DNA of 64,000 nucleotides from a virus: IMG/VR virus record IMGVR_UViG_3300045988_096839; one strand, 5' to 3'. Shown piece by piece: positions 12,601 to 26,713 of this stretch (position 1 is its first letter; each line of letters starts with the position of its first letter). The notes under the pieces were generated by a model. It saw only the letters and a program-made list of their open reading frames with translations, ran no database searches and was not told where the DNA came from. The position numbers and the translations under genes were made by a program.

Positions 12601-15600
12601 AAAGCAAACAATATACCTTGATTATCCAAAAGGAATTGTCTTTGAACGTCGAATGATTCGTTCTGTAATCCTGCTTCTTTTATTATATCTTCAAACAAAC
12701 TTATAGATAATTTTACTTCCATAAAACCATCTTCATTATATGATTTAAGTTTGCTATCAGCAGACATCTTATTTTTCAAGATGTTATCATAACCTACACT
12801 AGATACCTGGAATAATGGTTTACCTGGAGTCATAATCTTAATGACTGTCTTTTCCATCAAAGCTATGATTCGAGACTATATCCAGTTTATATTAGGTAAT
12901 GCTGAAGGATGTATAACATATTCACCATCTACAGCTGATAAAGCATCCATCATTTCAGGAGTAGCACCTTGAGTAGAAGCCATATCTTGTACAGCAGACA
13001 TGAATTTTTCTTTATTTACATCAAAAGTATTAGGATCGATACCAAATTTTCCGCAGAAAGTTTTATAACCTCTTAATGTCAAAGCATCCAATACTTGCTG
13101 ATAAATTCTTAACAGTTTATCTCCTTTTACCTATACACCGTTAAGTTTATAAGTATGTTTACGGTCAGTATTTAATATAACTACTTTCATAAACTGGGTA
13201 AGTAAAGCAGCTTTGTTATGTTTATGAGGATCAGTATTTAACTGTTTACCAAAGTTTTCAAATTCCTGCATTTGTTTTGGAGCATTTCTGAATGCTTCTT
13301 TGTCGATTTTACCGTCTTTATCATATAATTCAAAACTAGGTATATTTCCAGTCTTAGTACAGCTTTCCATCTTCATGAAATCAGTTTGTGTTTCTTTCAT
13401 TAAATCATAAACGTCTCTCATGTCATGTTCATCTGCAAATATTTTAAATATTGGAGAAGCAGAAAGCTTATCGTATATTTTAAATATATCTTGACTAGAA
13501 CTGTTAGCATCATTACCAAAGAATACATATTTTAATGAGCCCCATATATAATTTCTAGTAAATCCTAATATTTGACCACGATATTCTTTTGGAGAAATTT
13601 CACCAGATTTAAATTTGTTAAATAAATCTTCAATAGATGCAGTATCAATGTTTAATTGTTGCATCATATTTGCATATTCTGTAGGATTTATTTTCTTTAT
13701 TACATCTAGTTCATCATAATGTTCCAATAAGTCGTATGCGTATTCATCTTTAATGGACCATTCTCCTTGACGCTGTTTTAACTATCTGTACATCTCAGCA
13801 GATACCCACGATTGTGCATCAGTCGGATCAATACTACGATACTTAATCAATCTGATATAAGCGTTATCTGTAACTGCTTTAGCCAACTGTTCGTCAGTAA
13901 GTGGTTCACCTTTTTCGTTTACACCATAAGTTCTACGTTGATCTCTATGTTCTAGATATCTTTGAACAAGTTCACCTTTTTTAGCTTGTGGTATAAGATT
14001 TCCTTTACTGTCTAGCAGTTTCTTATAATTCAAACAATTATATTTTACTTTTCCGTCAAGTGTTTCAGGGACATTCAAACTTTCATCAAATGCATCTACA
14101 CCTAAGAATGTTTTTGCTTCACGCTTAAATTTATCCAAATCGTCCACAGGAGTAGTATTTACTTCTATAACACGATATTCTGAAGCATCGTACAATCTAT
14201 CTTCAGCGAAAGCATTAACTATTGTTCCTTTACCGTTTTTCATTGCAACTGTAGATGTTTGCGCAGAATAACGTTTGTTTACAGCATCAATATCTTTGTA
14301 TTGAGCTTTATCACCAGAAACAAGTTTTTCAAATTCTAGGTTATCACACATGTTGTTCATAACAAAGTATGCTACAGCTCTCATTATGTCCGAACTACTT
14401 AACTTCTTATTACCTGCTGGGTTTATTTTCTTATTATCAAGAATTACATTTTCCGGTAATAATTTATTCTATAGTTCCATCTGACCCAACGATTCAACGG
14501 GATTATATCCAGATATTATTTCTTTTGTATCTAAGAAATCCAATACCTGACGTATATTCCATTCCAACATATTTTCGATATATTGCTTTACTTCATCACG
14601 ATTTAACCATTGTTCTATTTCAGTATTAGTAGTTGATGCTGATATCTTGAAGCCATCTAACAAGTCGTTGAAATGTCTTGATTTGTACCCATTGTTTTTA
14701 GGAGAAACCAAATTTATACCAAAATTACGAACAGTAAATGTTCCATCTGGGTTCTTTATAGGATCACCACCTTTTTTACTATAGTGATAAGCTAATCGTA
14801 AATTTACAAGAAGTGGAGCAACATCTGGTCTCTTAAACAAAGCTTCTTGTTCTTCTTGACTCATTGCAGATATAGATTCTGCTGTGTATTTTTTACCAGT
14901 AGCTTTGTTTACAGCGTTAACGAAGTTATCTCTAACGATATATGCTTCCCTTATGGCTTCTAATTCAGATCTAAAGTATCCTCTGAAAGTATCAACAGCG
15001 TTCTGAGTAACCATGAATTTATAACCTATCTTCTGAATAGGACATTCTTCCATAGGAATACTATCTATGATGTACTGTGTCTTTTTATTAGCAAGTTCAG
15101 GTATACTATGGTAATTAGACAATGCTGTCGTGAAACGATTTAACATATCTTCTGTACCAGTAATACCCAAGAAGTCATTACTATTAAAATAATCACTATC
15201 ATTCACTGTACCAACAAAAGTACGCAATATAGGATAATTCTTCTTAGCTATAAAAGATAACCATTTTGAACCACGATATTTAACTTTCTTTCCATCCAAG
15301 AACTCCTTGGTATAAGGATTATTTGTAAATCTTTTTATGAAATCATTGTTAAATATTAATCTGTTAAAGAATCTAGTAACGTGATTATACTGACCAATAA
15401 TATATGCAGTAGCACCCCCTGCTATTCTTACTGTGTCGTTTTTAGCACTACCTAAGCCTTCACTAGCTAATTGTTCCATTAATAAGAACAATAAAGTATT
15501 ATTATCAGGATTAAATTGATCATTAACGATACTACTTATTTCTTGTTTAGATGTTAACAATCGTTTAGCGAATAGTGAATTCTTCATTTTAAGTAAGAAT

Positions 15601-18600
15601 CCGTTATATGATGCTAACAATTTATCTTTTTCTTTTCTATCAAGTTTTGATAGCATTTTATCTACTTCTGTAGCATCTATATCCAATCCAAAGAATTCAA
15701 GAGCTTTAGCTACGTTTTGACCATTTAATACTGCAATTCTAGCTTTCTTACTTACGTTTTCAATATAGAATTTCTAGCGATCTTTTTCATTCAACTAATC
15801 AAGTTGAACTTCTATTCCAGATATTACATCTATTATAGATTGTTTCCACTTATTTTTAGCTGTTTGATTACGCTTATTCTGATTTGAATCTTCAATACTA
15901 GCTTCAATACCACCTTTGTCGTTAATACGATAATTCATAAATATGAAATTATTAACGTATTTAACAACATTACCAAACAGTCTTGCTTTTAATTGTTCTG
16001 TTGTTTCAGGATCTTCCAATATATCAACAACTTGTTTTATAGTCTAAGGTTGACCGTCACGTTTTTGTTGTCTAGCTACTTTCTTAAGGATGGAAATCAT
16101 ATCATCCACATCCTTAGCTTGTTGACAAGCATGACACAACTCATGCCATAATTGATATACGTTTGTATACTTTTGTAAACCTTCTGGAGTAAGTTGAGTA
16201 TCATCAGTAATAGTATAAAGGAATAATCTTATATCTGCATCCAATGATTTATATTGGTTACGCATATATGCTGCAACAATAGAATCATCATTCTGAATGG
16301 TTTTAGTCATACCGCTTTCATCTTTTGGATTCTTTTCGTTTTCTTTCAACCATTCTTCATAATCTGAGAAATCCAAATCGTTAGCATCATCAATAACGTC
16401 TAATGAGAAATTCATACGAACGGCTCTCTTCATATATTTTTCCCAACTCTTCCAATTAGTAACAATTCCTTTTGTTACTTTTTGATAATTGAGTGCTGCC
16501 ACTAAAACAGATTTATCTTTTTCACCAGATTTTAATACAGCTTTAACCATATCTTCTGCTGTTTTAGCTTCATCTTCCCAGTATTTTTTAACTTGTTTAT
16601 AATCAATATTAGTAATACCTGCTTCATTGGTAGTTATTCCTGATGATCTGATTATAGAAGCTAATATATTTCTATAAATATCGTTAAACTGTTGTTGTGT
16701 TGTAGCAATTTCAACACCGTCATATTTATAACCACTAAATAATGGGTCATAACCAAATACTAAGTCAAAATATTCTTTATTTTCTTGGCTTACTTCAGTA
16801 TATGCATATTTTCCTTGATATATATCATTAAATATAGAATTTAATGAATTTATACCATTACGTTTAGTTCTACTATATAATCTATTTATCAACTTATTCA
16901 ATGATTGATAAATTCTATTAAAGAACTTATAAAAAGAATTATCTTGATTTTGTCTTAGTACAAATTTAGCAAATTCATCTGCAAGATATTCTTGTTTTTC
17001 TCTTTCAGATTTATTTCTAAATGAAGGATTGCTATCGATCAACGCTTCATACATAGCTTGTCGTTGATTTTTAGGCATCAACAGTATTGATACTCTATGG
17101 AATGCTTCATGATAAGCAACACCTCTCTTTATTTTGTTCTTCTTAGCATCTCTAAACAATCTGATACCATTTGATGTACAAACACCGTATACATATACCA
17201 TAGCGTGTTTAGCAGCGTCAAATCTAAACGGTAACGAATTATCAATACTAAAATCAAAATCTTCACCCAATATTTTTTTAGCAGTGTTTATTGCTTTATC
17301 GGCATCTTCCATTCTAACGAAGTTTTTAAAGAATGAAACTACTGCTTTTTCTAGTTTGGATTCAGAATCTTTTTTCTTATTATCATAATTCTTTAATACT
17401 GCACCAATCTTATCAGAATTCTAGAATAATTCCGCAACTTTTTCAAAATTATTAGGATATCTATCAGTTATTAAACCGGTATATGTTTCTTTTAGTTGAT
17501 TAATTCTCTTTGAAACATCATCTGTAGAATCATAATTAGGTGTAGATAATATTAATATTTGAATAGTATCTTCTGTTATATCCTCTAATAATTTATCTAT
17601 TTGTTTGTCATCTAATTTTTCTGATTTTTTATCTGTTTTAGTTTCAGTTTTAACTTCACCTTTTTTATCAACGACATTACCAGTTAAATCAAACAACGGT
17701 GATGCTTGTTTTTTATCCTAAACATCTGGTGTAATACCCAAACCAGGACCATTAGTATCAGGATTAGAACTTGCTGTAAGATTAGGATTTGTCAAATCTA
17801 CAACATAATCTTCTTCATCGCTACTGTTATTCATCCAATCTTCATAAGTATCGTCAACGAAAGAATCAGATAAATTTAATTTATCTTTATTATCGTCATA
17901 ATACTTTTGAATTTGGTCAAATGTTTTTTGAGGATCGGTTTGATCTTTAGGTATAATCAAAGGTTGTAATTTATTTTTATTTTTTGATTCAACTTTTTTA
18001 TCTGCTTTCTAAGTAGTAGCTTTTTGTTTAGCTGGATTAGCAGGCGTTTCTTCTTCCTGATTGTATGATAATATTACTTTACTTTCACCGTCAGCTATTA
18101 TCTCAATAGTAATAGGTTTATTGTTTATAGCCAACGTTGCTAATTTATTATCAAACTGCAATGGATTATAAACACTACCATTGTTATCAAAATCAACTTC
18201 GTAATTCTTTCCATTAATCTTGATAAACAACGTATCAGGATCTGTATCTTGAACTATTTGTTTTATCTCTTCTTTATATTCGTTTATGATTTTTACGTTT
18301 TCGTCATCGGTAGATGCGCGTTTTGAAGTTTTCTTTATCTGAGTTTTCGCTTTTTCTGCGCTATCTTTTTTCTTTGTAGTAGTTTTAGTGTTTTCCTCAG
18401 TCATTCCTTCAAATACGTCATTGAACTCAAAATATACGTTAGGATTACCACCAAATATAGTAGAATCCTCTTTTGTACTCATATCAGTTTTAACAAATCC
18501 ACTGTTTACTACTTGAGATATGTAATTATCTCCATCTACTTGTTCGTAAACAATATTTCCAGAATCATCCAATATAGTAAAAGAACCTTGTACTAATCCG

Positions 18601-21600
18601 GAATCACTAGATAATTTATCCTTATCTATTCTATAATTCTTAGTAGTAGCAATCCAATTTGCAAATTCTTCTATATTATCAGTTGTTACTTCTGTACCTT
18701 TACCATCTAAAGTATTACCAAAATAAACATGACCATCTTTTATATATACAAGTCTGTCCAAATTGTGATTACTTGGATTTCGTTCAATTGCTTCTGTACC
18801 ATAATACATGAAGTTTCTGATAAATTCACCAACAGATATCTGTTTGTCAACTTTCAAATTCTTATTCATTCCAGAATTAATCATCTGCTCTTCTGAAATA
18901 GAACCATCAGCAACTTTAACCATTAAATCAGCAATAATTCTGGCAATGTTTATATCTATCTTACCAGGGTTTAACTTAACTAAAAGTCTTTGTCTGTTAG
19001 GATTAAAGAATGATGGTAATAACAAGTATACAGATCCAGCTGTACCAGTAGCGCCTTTAACTGATTCCATTTTTCTAGAATGTGTATCAAAACGCATAAT
19101 AGTACCATTTGCTGTAGCATAAGCTAATACCAAAGGTTCAGAATCTTTTCCTTCGAAAGCATCTTCTATTAGATCTTCTATATCTTCTTCTTGATCAGCA
19201 TATTTCTGATATAATTCACTTAATTGCTTTTCTTTTTGCTGTTCTATAAACCATTCTACAACTGCTTTACTTTGTCTTTTTACAGCAGGTTGATTTGGGA
19301 AAGATTTATTATAATCATTCAATACTGTCTAATAGTCAGTATCATAAGCAGACATTAATTGTGATATTTTATCAGATAATTTACCTCTACCATTCAATAT
19401 AGATAAAGCGTTATTAGCAGAATCTTCTACTTGTTTTTGTTCAACTGTTAATAAGTCTTCATCTTCAGTATCTTCATCCTGTTCTTTATTTCTAAGTTTA
19501 TCTATATACGTACGGTATTTATTCTTAGAATAATAGAATTTTCCACTAGCTTCATCGTATATTAAGCCTAAAGCTTGTACTTCATCAATATTTGAATTGA
19601 TAACTTGTTTTCTACGATATGATATTAAACTGTTTCCTACAGGTACACTATCATTACTTGTAAGTACATGTATTATATTACTTGGATCAGTAAGTCTATT
19701 AAACTTACGATTGATGAAATAATCTTTTAATATTCTTTCAGTAGATTTATTAAAAGATAAACCTCTATTATTAAGATTGTCTATGAACTCAGATACGCTC
19801 TAATAGTTTTTAATATCGTCTTCAATTTGTTGACATATTTCAACTATTTCATCCCTTGTTCTATTATCTAATACTAATTGTTCACCATTGAGTTTAATAG
19901 GTAAACGTATTTTCCATCTATTTTGTAAAGCATCTTCTACTTGTGCTTCAGTATTCAAAGATTGCCCACCATCTTCACTATAATTCATGAACAGATTTGG
20001 AGATTCTGACAGCATTTGTTCTACTATAGAATTAGCTAATTTTTGATTATTACCTGCTTTTTTGGTATCAGATGATAAACCAAATATAGGTTTGATATAA
20101 CTTTTTATAAATGTTTCAGGTAATATTACAGAATCACCTAATTCTGATATACCACGTAATAGATAATTTATCGTACCGTATTCCTATTCATTTACTGTTA
20201 TGGTTTCTGGCAAATTATCAACATTATAACCATACTTTTTAACAATATCGATTATATTGTCGATATTTACATTTTGCTATACTTTTTCTGTCTATACGTG
20301 ATTATCGTAGATATCATTTATCTGTTGTCTACTTACTAATTCATCATTCTCGTCATACAAAAGAGGATTATTTGGATTAGCTTCATCTCTAGTATTCTAT
20401 AAGAAAGTGCGCATATAAATTCTTACAGAGCCTTCTTTAATGTTTAAAGTTGGCTGAGCATCACTATCATCCTTCTGTCTTTGAGCAAGATTCATTATCA
20501 TGTTCTCGCGAAGGTTGAATTCTAATTCAGATAATACATTTTCTCTATTACGTGATGTTTCATCAGGCATTACCAATCTTGTAGGAATCAAAGTACCGTT
20601 AACAGTACGTACTCTACCGTTAAATAATACGGTATTTATTGGTAAAGCTCTAACCATGTTCTAATATTGAGCCTTGGTTATAGTAGAATGCTTTCCAGAC
20701 TTAATTTGATTGAACAAATTAAATATTTCTTCTTTTGTCTTACCTTTAGTAAGACGAAGAATCCTTTCATAAGTCTTATATGCAGCAGGTCTATCCCACT
20801 TTATTTTACTACCTTTTTCACTCTTCTTATTAGCAAAATCGTAGTCTTGTACTTCTTCCCATTTTTGAACAGTAACGTACCCTCTCCACTGACTTGATTG
20901 ATTATATGGGTCCATCAATCTATTTGCAGCAGTAACTCCACTCTTGGTACCAGTAAAAGCATATGCGTGGCACTTCAATCTTTTCTTATTTTCTTGTGCA
21001 GTTATTTCTGCTTTTTCAGCATATTCTGGAGTAAGGTCTTGTGTACCAGATGTAGAATCAGGTACTTCTTCTACCGTTCCTTCTTCAGTAGAATCTTCTC
21101 TTTTCTTGTTAGCAGATTCAATTGCAGCATCTACCGCCTTTTGAATGTTTTTTAATTTACCTTCAAAAGTTATTGTTTTTCCTTTATTATCTGTTCTTTG
21201 TAATTTACTCAGATAATCCTAATCTTGATTCAATCTGAATTCTACTATTTTAGAAGTCTAGGCATTCAATAAATCCTATTCAAGATTTTGAATATGATTG
21301 TTTGTTGTTTGTAACTGATTTTGTAAATCTTTTATTTCATCTTCTTTTAAAGAATCATTTGCTAACTGTTTTACAATCTTCTTACGATCATTTTTAAGAT
21401 CTTTTATGTGTTTTCTGATATTATCGATATCCGATGTATCAGTAACATCCATTGCTTTAATTATGCCACCTTCGTCAATAGAAAATTCTGAAGATCTGGG
21501 TAAAAATTTATATTTTTTACCATCTGGAGCAGACCATTCTTGAGTATCGATAGGTAAAGTAAGAGTATTACGTTTTGCATTATATGCTCTATCGCTAGCT

Positions 21601-24600
21601 CTTTTGTTAATTTCGTCAGCAATGTTTTTAGCTTGTGCAGCAATAGTTTTTAATTCGTTATATACTTTCTAATCTTCTTCTGTAAATGAGTCTTTAGGCA
21701 TTTTTTCTAATTGTTTAGTAAATTTATCCAAAGATCTATTTACATAAGATACTTTACCTGCTGCGCTACTAATGGTATTTAAACCATTTGTTAATCTATT
21801 AACAAATTTTTGTAATTCTGTATCACTTACAGCATTATTTAAAGATTCAATGAGAGTATTTACAGAATCGTTTAATTGATTTTCAAGTTCTTCATCAGTT
21901 CTAGCTTTAAACTCCTGTGTTGTTTCAACAGTTTGACCATTAGAGTCACTATTAGCGTCATCTCTTTCTTGAGACTGTGTACGAACACGATCTTTATACT
22001 TCTCAATTAAAGACTTAGTAGATTTGTCACCTTTTTCAAAAGGTTCATACAATTTAGTAAAATAATCCAAGTCGTTCAATTCAGCAATATAATTATCTGA
22101 TGCTGCATTAACATCTGAATCGCTAATTTGATTATTACTGAGTTCTGTTACTATATCTGATGTAGTTTGTTTAAATCTATTAATCGCACCTGTTTGCGAT
22201 TCTATATTCTTTTGAGCTTGATTTATTTTACCTTCAAGATACGGAATCGATAACAATTGTCCTTTTGATCCAATTGCATAGCCTTCTTCTGATTCTCTAG
22301 CTTGTTGAATAAGATTATTATATACTTCTAATTCAGAATTATACAATTCCAAAGTATCATTTAATTCATTCAGCTTACCGAATGCTTCCAATTGTTCAGC
22401 AATTTGATCTTGTAGTATTCTTTTTTGCATGAGCAATTTAGCTTTTCTAGAAGACATTACACCTTGTAATTCTGCCATTGCCACAGAATTATTTGCGTAA
22501 GACATATTCATCTTCTTAAGTAACTGAGCTCCATACGCTTGGTTAGATAATTGTTGCGATTGTCTTTCTATAGAATTAAGCTGTTGATTAATCTTTGCTA
22601 ATTGTGTAGTAAGTTTATGTATACCTTCTATTTGAGAATCTTCTAAAGCAATACCGTGTTTGGCAACAGCGTTTTGAATTACATTATACATAACATCACT
22701 AAACAAAGATGATTCTTTAGATTTTTCATCAAATTGCCTATTAAATTCTTTTCTGGCTTCTTCTTTCTTATCATTCTGTTCGGTAATATTAGTTCTGATA
22801 TTGTTAGCTATTGCTGCATATATATCGGAATCTCTTTCACTTAAACCTAAAGCTTTTGTTTTTTCAGATAGTTGAGCTCTGGTATCTAACAATTGATCAA
22901 TATTTTTACGTTCTTCATTTATATAATTATCAATTTGTTCTTCAGTTGTTTCACCTTTAGCATCTGATATTACCCCTAAATCGTATTTACCTGTTTTTAG
23001 TGCTTCAGAAATATTATCTAATACTTGACCATAGTTTTTACCATTTGCTTTTAAGTCACGCATTGTTTGCAATAAATCTACCGATCTATCAACAAAATCT
23101 TGTTCTTCAAGAGCTCTCTAGAATATATCTCCAAATCTCTTATCATTCTTCATCTGCTTACGAACATCAGCAAGTAAGTCTTTACCAGACATAACCAATG
23201 CTCTTGGATCCAAAGATGAAAGTATCGCACCCGACATATAGTTCTCTTGTAGTTGCGCATCATTAGAATAAACAGGATCGAATGGAGTAAATACAGCAAT
23301 AGTAGATCTTTGTCTATCTAACCAGTTGGATGACATATCATCAAACAACTGACCGTTAGTCAAAGCATTCCAAAAACTACCACTAGCACTCTAATCATCA
23401 AATTCTCCTTTTCCTGCTTTGTCAGCCATTATATACTGAGCACCTTCTTCAGTTGCTTCTTCATACATATTAGCTAATTGTGCAGCACCCCATGATTTTA
23501 ATGCTTTGTTTCTAGTTATTCTTGATAATTCTTTACCAGTAAGAGCAGCTCTGGCTACATCTGCGTTTGCTGCAGCTCTTCGGCTTAACAGTGATTTAAT
23601 AGGATTTGTTGCTTTTTTACCTAAAGCAAAAGCGCCCTCCATAGGATTCAATGCGCCTCTGAACACTTGACTATTTCGGAAGAACGGTACATAGAACAAC
23701 ATATCTGTTGCTACTTCACCGGCTCCTAAAGCCATATTACGTTCATATAATCTAGGTATACCTCTATATGCTCTACGTCGTGCATCTTCAAACTGATTAC
23801 TACCGGAATCAATAGTACCGTTTGCAGCCAATTCTAAAGCTTCTTCATCAGAAATATTAGAATTTTCTCCTCTACTAGCTAATTGTCTTTTAACGTTTTT
23901 TATTACTCGATCAGTATCAATTTTATCTTCTTCTAAGATTTTAGATAAATTTTGTTCATACTGTGAATAAGCTTCAATATCTGATTCTCCTTTTCTAGCT
24001 TGTATACCACCACCAGCTTGAGAAGCTGCAGAAGCTGTTAAACCAACTATTAAACCTCTAGCTAAACCGCGTAAACCACCAGCAACAGCACCAGGTGTTC
24101 CAGCCATAGACGCACCTAATAACGCATCTGCTGCTACTGCCGTTATCGCACCAGAAGCCATAGACGACAATTGATAAGCCCAATCAGAATGAGAACCACC
24201 AAACAGTCCTGGTAATTTATATAAAAAGTTACCAAACGTTGTAGTAGATTCATTAGCTTTTTTAGTAAAATATTGGCTTATATCATAGTTATCTAAAGAT
24301 TCTTGTTGTTCTCTTTTATTTATTTCTCTAGACTGAATAGCATTGTTGTATTCTCTATCTGAATCAGTTTGAATATCAATTAATGATTGTAAATCAGGTA
24401 ACTGTTTATTTGTCCAAACTCCATTTTGTCGTAGTGCATCTAATCTAGATTGAGCTAAATCTCTAGCTTGAGATCTATCAATACCGTAAGTATTATAAAA
24501 ATCTTCGTCAGAAATTGTTTCAGGATAAAGATAATGCATAACCAAAGCTGCATCGCTTTTATTCATTTCTGCACGGTTAATACGGTTATTATCTCTGGTT

Positions 24601-24833
24601 ATCTACGATTCTTGCATATCATTATAGTATTTATGCCAAAAATCGGATAACTACATTCCTTGTACGTTATCCGTTGGTGCTTCATTATAATAATATGCAG
24701 CATCTGCCGATGACTATCTATTAAGATAAGCACCGGCATTCTATCTCATTGCTAAATTTTGCTGTATACGATCATTCAATAATTTTGAGTCTCCCTCTGA
24801 ATAATCGCGTAATAAATCTTTTTTAGTATTCAT
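9690..24833 (-). CDS. giant 5,047-codon frame containing the virion RNA polymerase (two-barrel, beta-prime-like DFDID) module; TAG read as sense
   Basis: All track ORFs from 9834..11561 to 23391..24566 are in one frame. I hand-translated every gap and found 32 in-frame TAG and no TAA/TGA. The first ATG is 24831-24833, after an upstream in-frame TAA at 24849-24851. The real stop is TAA 9690-9692. YRVPTQG...(38 aa)...GSDFDIDKMF mirrors NRAPTLH...(34 aa)...NADFDGDQM of bacterial beta-prime. HEAFH is at 17097-17111. There is a Gly/Ala-rich hydrophobic stretch at about 24010-24240 and a long coiled coil at 21669-23072. Confidence 0.7.
12462..12476 (-). other. DFDID metal-binding triad codons of the RNA polymerase module
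   Basis: The plus strand reads atc gat atc gaa gtc, which is GAC TTC GAT ATC GAT (D F D I D) on the minus strand, in frame with 9690..24833. Confidence 0.7.
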
Positions 24834-24843
24834 ATTTTTTAAA

Positions 24844-26712
24844 TTACATTAAACCTGCTGTATTATGCGGTAAACCAACCATGTAAGAATCTCCACTATC
24901 TTGGTATCTTACTGAATTTTCTGATTTAGTTGTACCCATATATTTTTCAGCTTGCATGTTAATTAAATTTCTGGTATCATCTGTTACTGGTTCTACTACT
25001 AAAATAGTAGTTTCTACATTACCTTCATCATTATCTGTGGTGGTAGAATATCCTAATTCTTTTAACTAATCGTATTCTCTACCTGTAAACCAAGGAACCA
25101 TTGAATCAGGTAATGCATCTATTGGATATTCAACAGTAACACTCCATGCTAACTCTTGACCGTTTGGAGTGTTTTGCATTGTTACTCCGTTTACACGTTT
25201 TGGTATAGCTCTAGATGGATTTTTAGTTATTGCTTTTTCCAAATCGAAATTTTTATCTTCAGAAAATGGAAAACTACTTGTTAAGAATAAAGGGTTGGTT
25301 GTATCCAAGCCCTAGCTCTTTATAAAATCTTTCATATAAGGATTACTAAGAACATATTGTCTAGGAGTTAACAATTTTCTACCGCTCAAAGTAGGATTGT
25401 TGGAACCGAATAATCTCTGCATATCTACATCAGAATAACCTTGTGTTGGAGTCATTATAGATTCTACAGCTTGATTATACATTTCTTTAACGTATGGCGC
25501 ATATTCAGATTGATTAGAAAATTTAATAGATTTCTTTTTACCTTTTGCTACACCAGCTTGTTTTCTTCCTGCTTCAGATAATCTCCATAGAACGTCGTCC
25601 CCTACTTCTCCCTACTCGTTAATTAGATCACTATTGACAAAAGCTCGTTTCATTCCTTCGAACATTATGGCAGCTTGCATTGCCATGTTATATCCGCTAC
25701 TATCATTTTTAGAAGCCATTTCAGCAGCTTTTCTAGTAAGAACATTTTGATTTGCTGGTTGTTTCTTTAAAGATATTTGTCCAGTTTTTTCATCTGTATC
25801 AAAATTTTCAAGCATCTTTCCGGTAACCACCCTACCTGCATTTTGTACGGCATCCAATGAACCGTATGCTAATCTATCGAAACGATTAACAATATTAGAG
25901 GGTGTTTCACTACTACCTTTACTACTTAATTTTTTTAATTCATAAGGATTAATAGTTTTATCTTCCCATGAAAATTCTCTAGCTCGATTGATAGCCATGT
26001 TTGCAAATTCTTGCTCTGCTTGCTCTCTAGTAAGACCTGCTTTTTGTAATTGTCTAATGTGCTCTTGCGCTTGAGGAGTATTATAAATAGATGACCAATT
26101 TTGCTGAACCATTTTATCAGTTGTATCAATAGATACGCCTCTTACATCCCAAATTCCTTCACTTCTTAAATAAGAAGGCTTTAAGTTATCAACATATGGT
26201 TTTACTAAATCATTTATTGATGTGTATGGTATTGGATTAATATCAGAGAAAATCTTTCCACTACCTAATGTATCGTACTATGATACATCCAAATTATGCC
26301 AATTAGGATTAAACTAATTTGTTTTTATTAAATAAGCTACAGCCTCATCTCTTTTTTTATAAGCTTCAGCACTGGATATTAGCATATTTAATTTGTCATA
26401 TGGAATATTGTTGATTAACGCTGTTATTTTTCCACGACCTTCTTGAGTTTTTAGCATATCTGGATTGTTGACCATTTCATTAACTAACGGTTTAGCTACA
26501 CCAGTAGTCAAGTCATACCAGTTTTGCATATCTTTCAAAGAGGCAGATTTAAAGCTATTCCATACTTTCATATTATCTGATAGAGTTTTCATTGCTGTAT
26601 CAACTCTATCATTGTACTCTTTACCTATTTTATATAACTATTCAAAAGGTATTGGTACATATTGACTTACGTACTAACTTTCTACCGGTTTATCAAATCT
26701 ATTTACTGCCAT
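24844..26712 (-). CDS. virion structural protein, function unknown (622 aa)
   Basis: Track ORFs 25066.., 25612.. and 26314.. are in one frame, joined by 7 TAG with no TAA/TGA. ATG 26710-26712 lies 1 nt after the upstream TGA. Ends in TAA 24844. Confidence 0.65.
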
Positions 26713-26713
26713 A

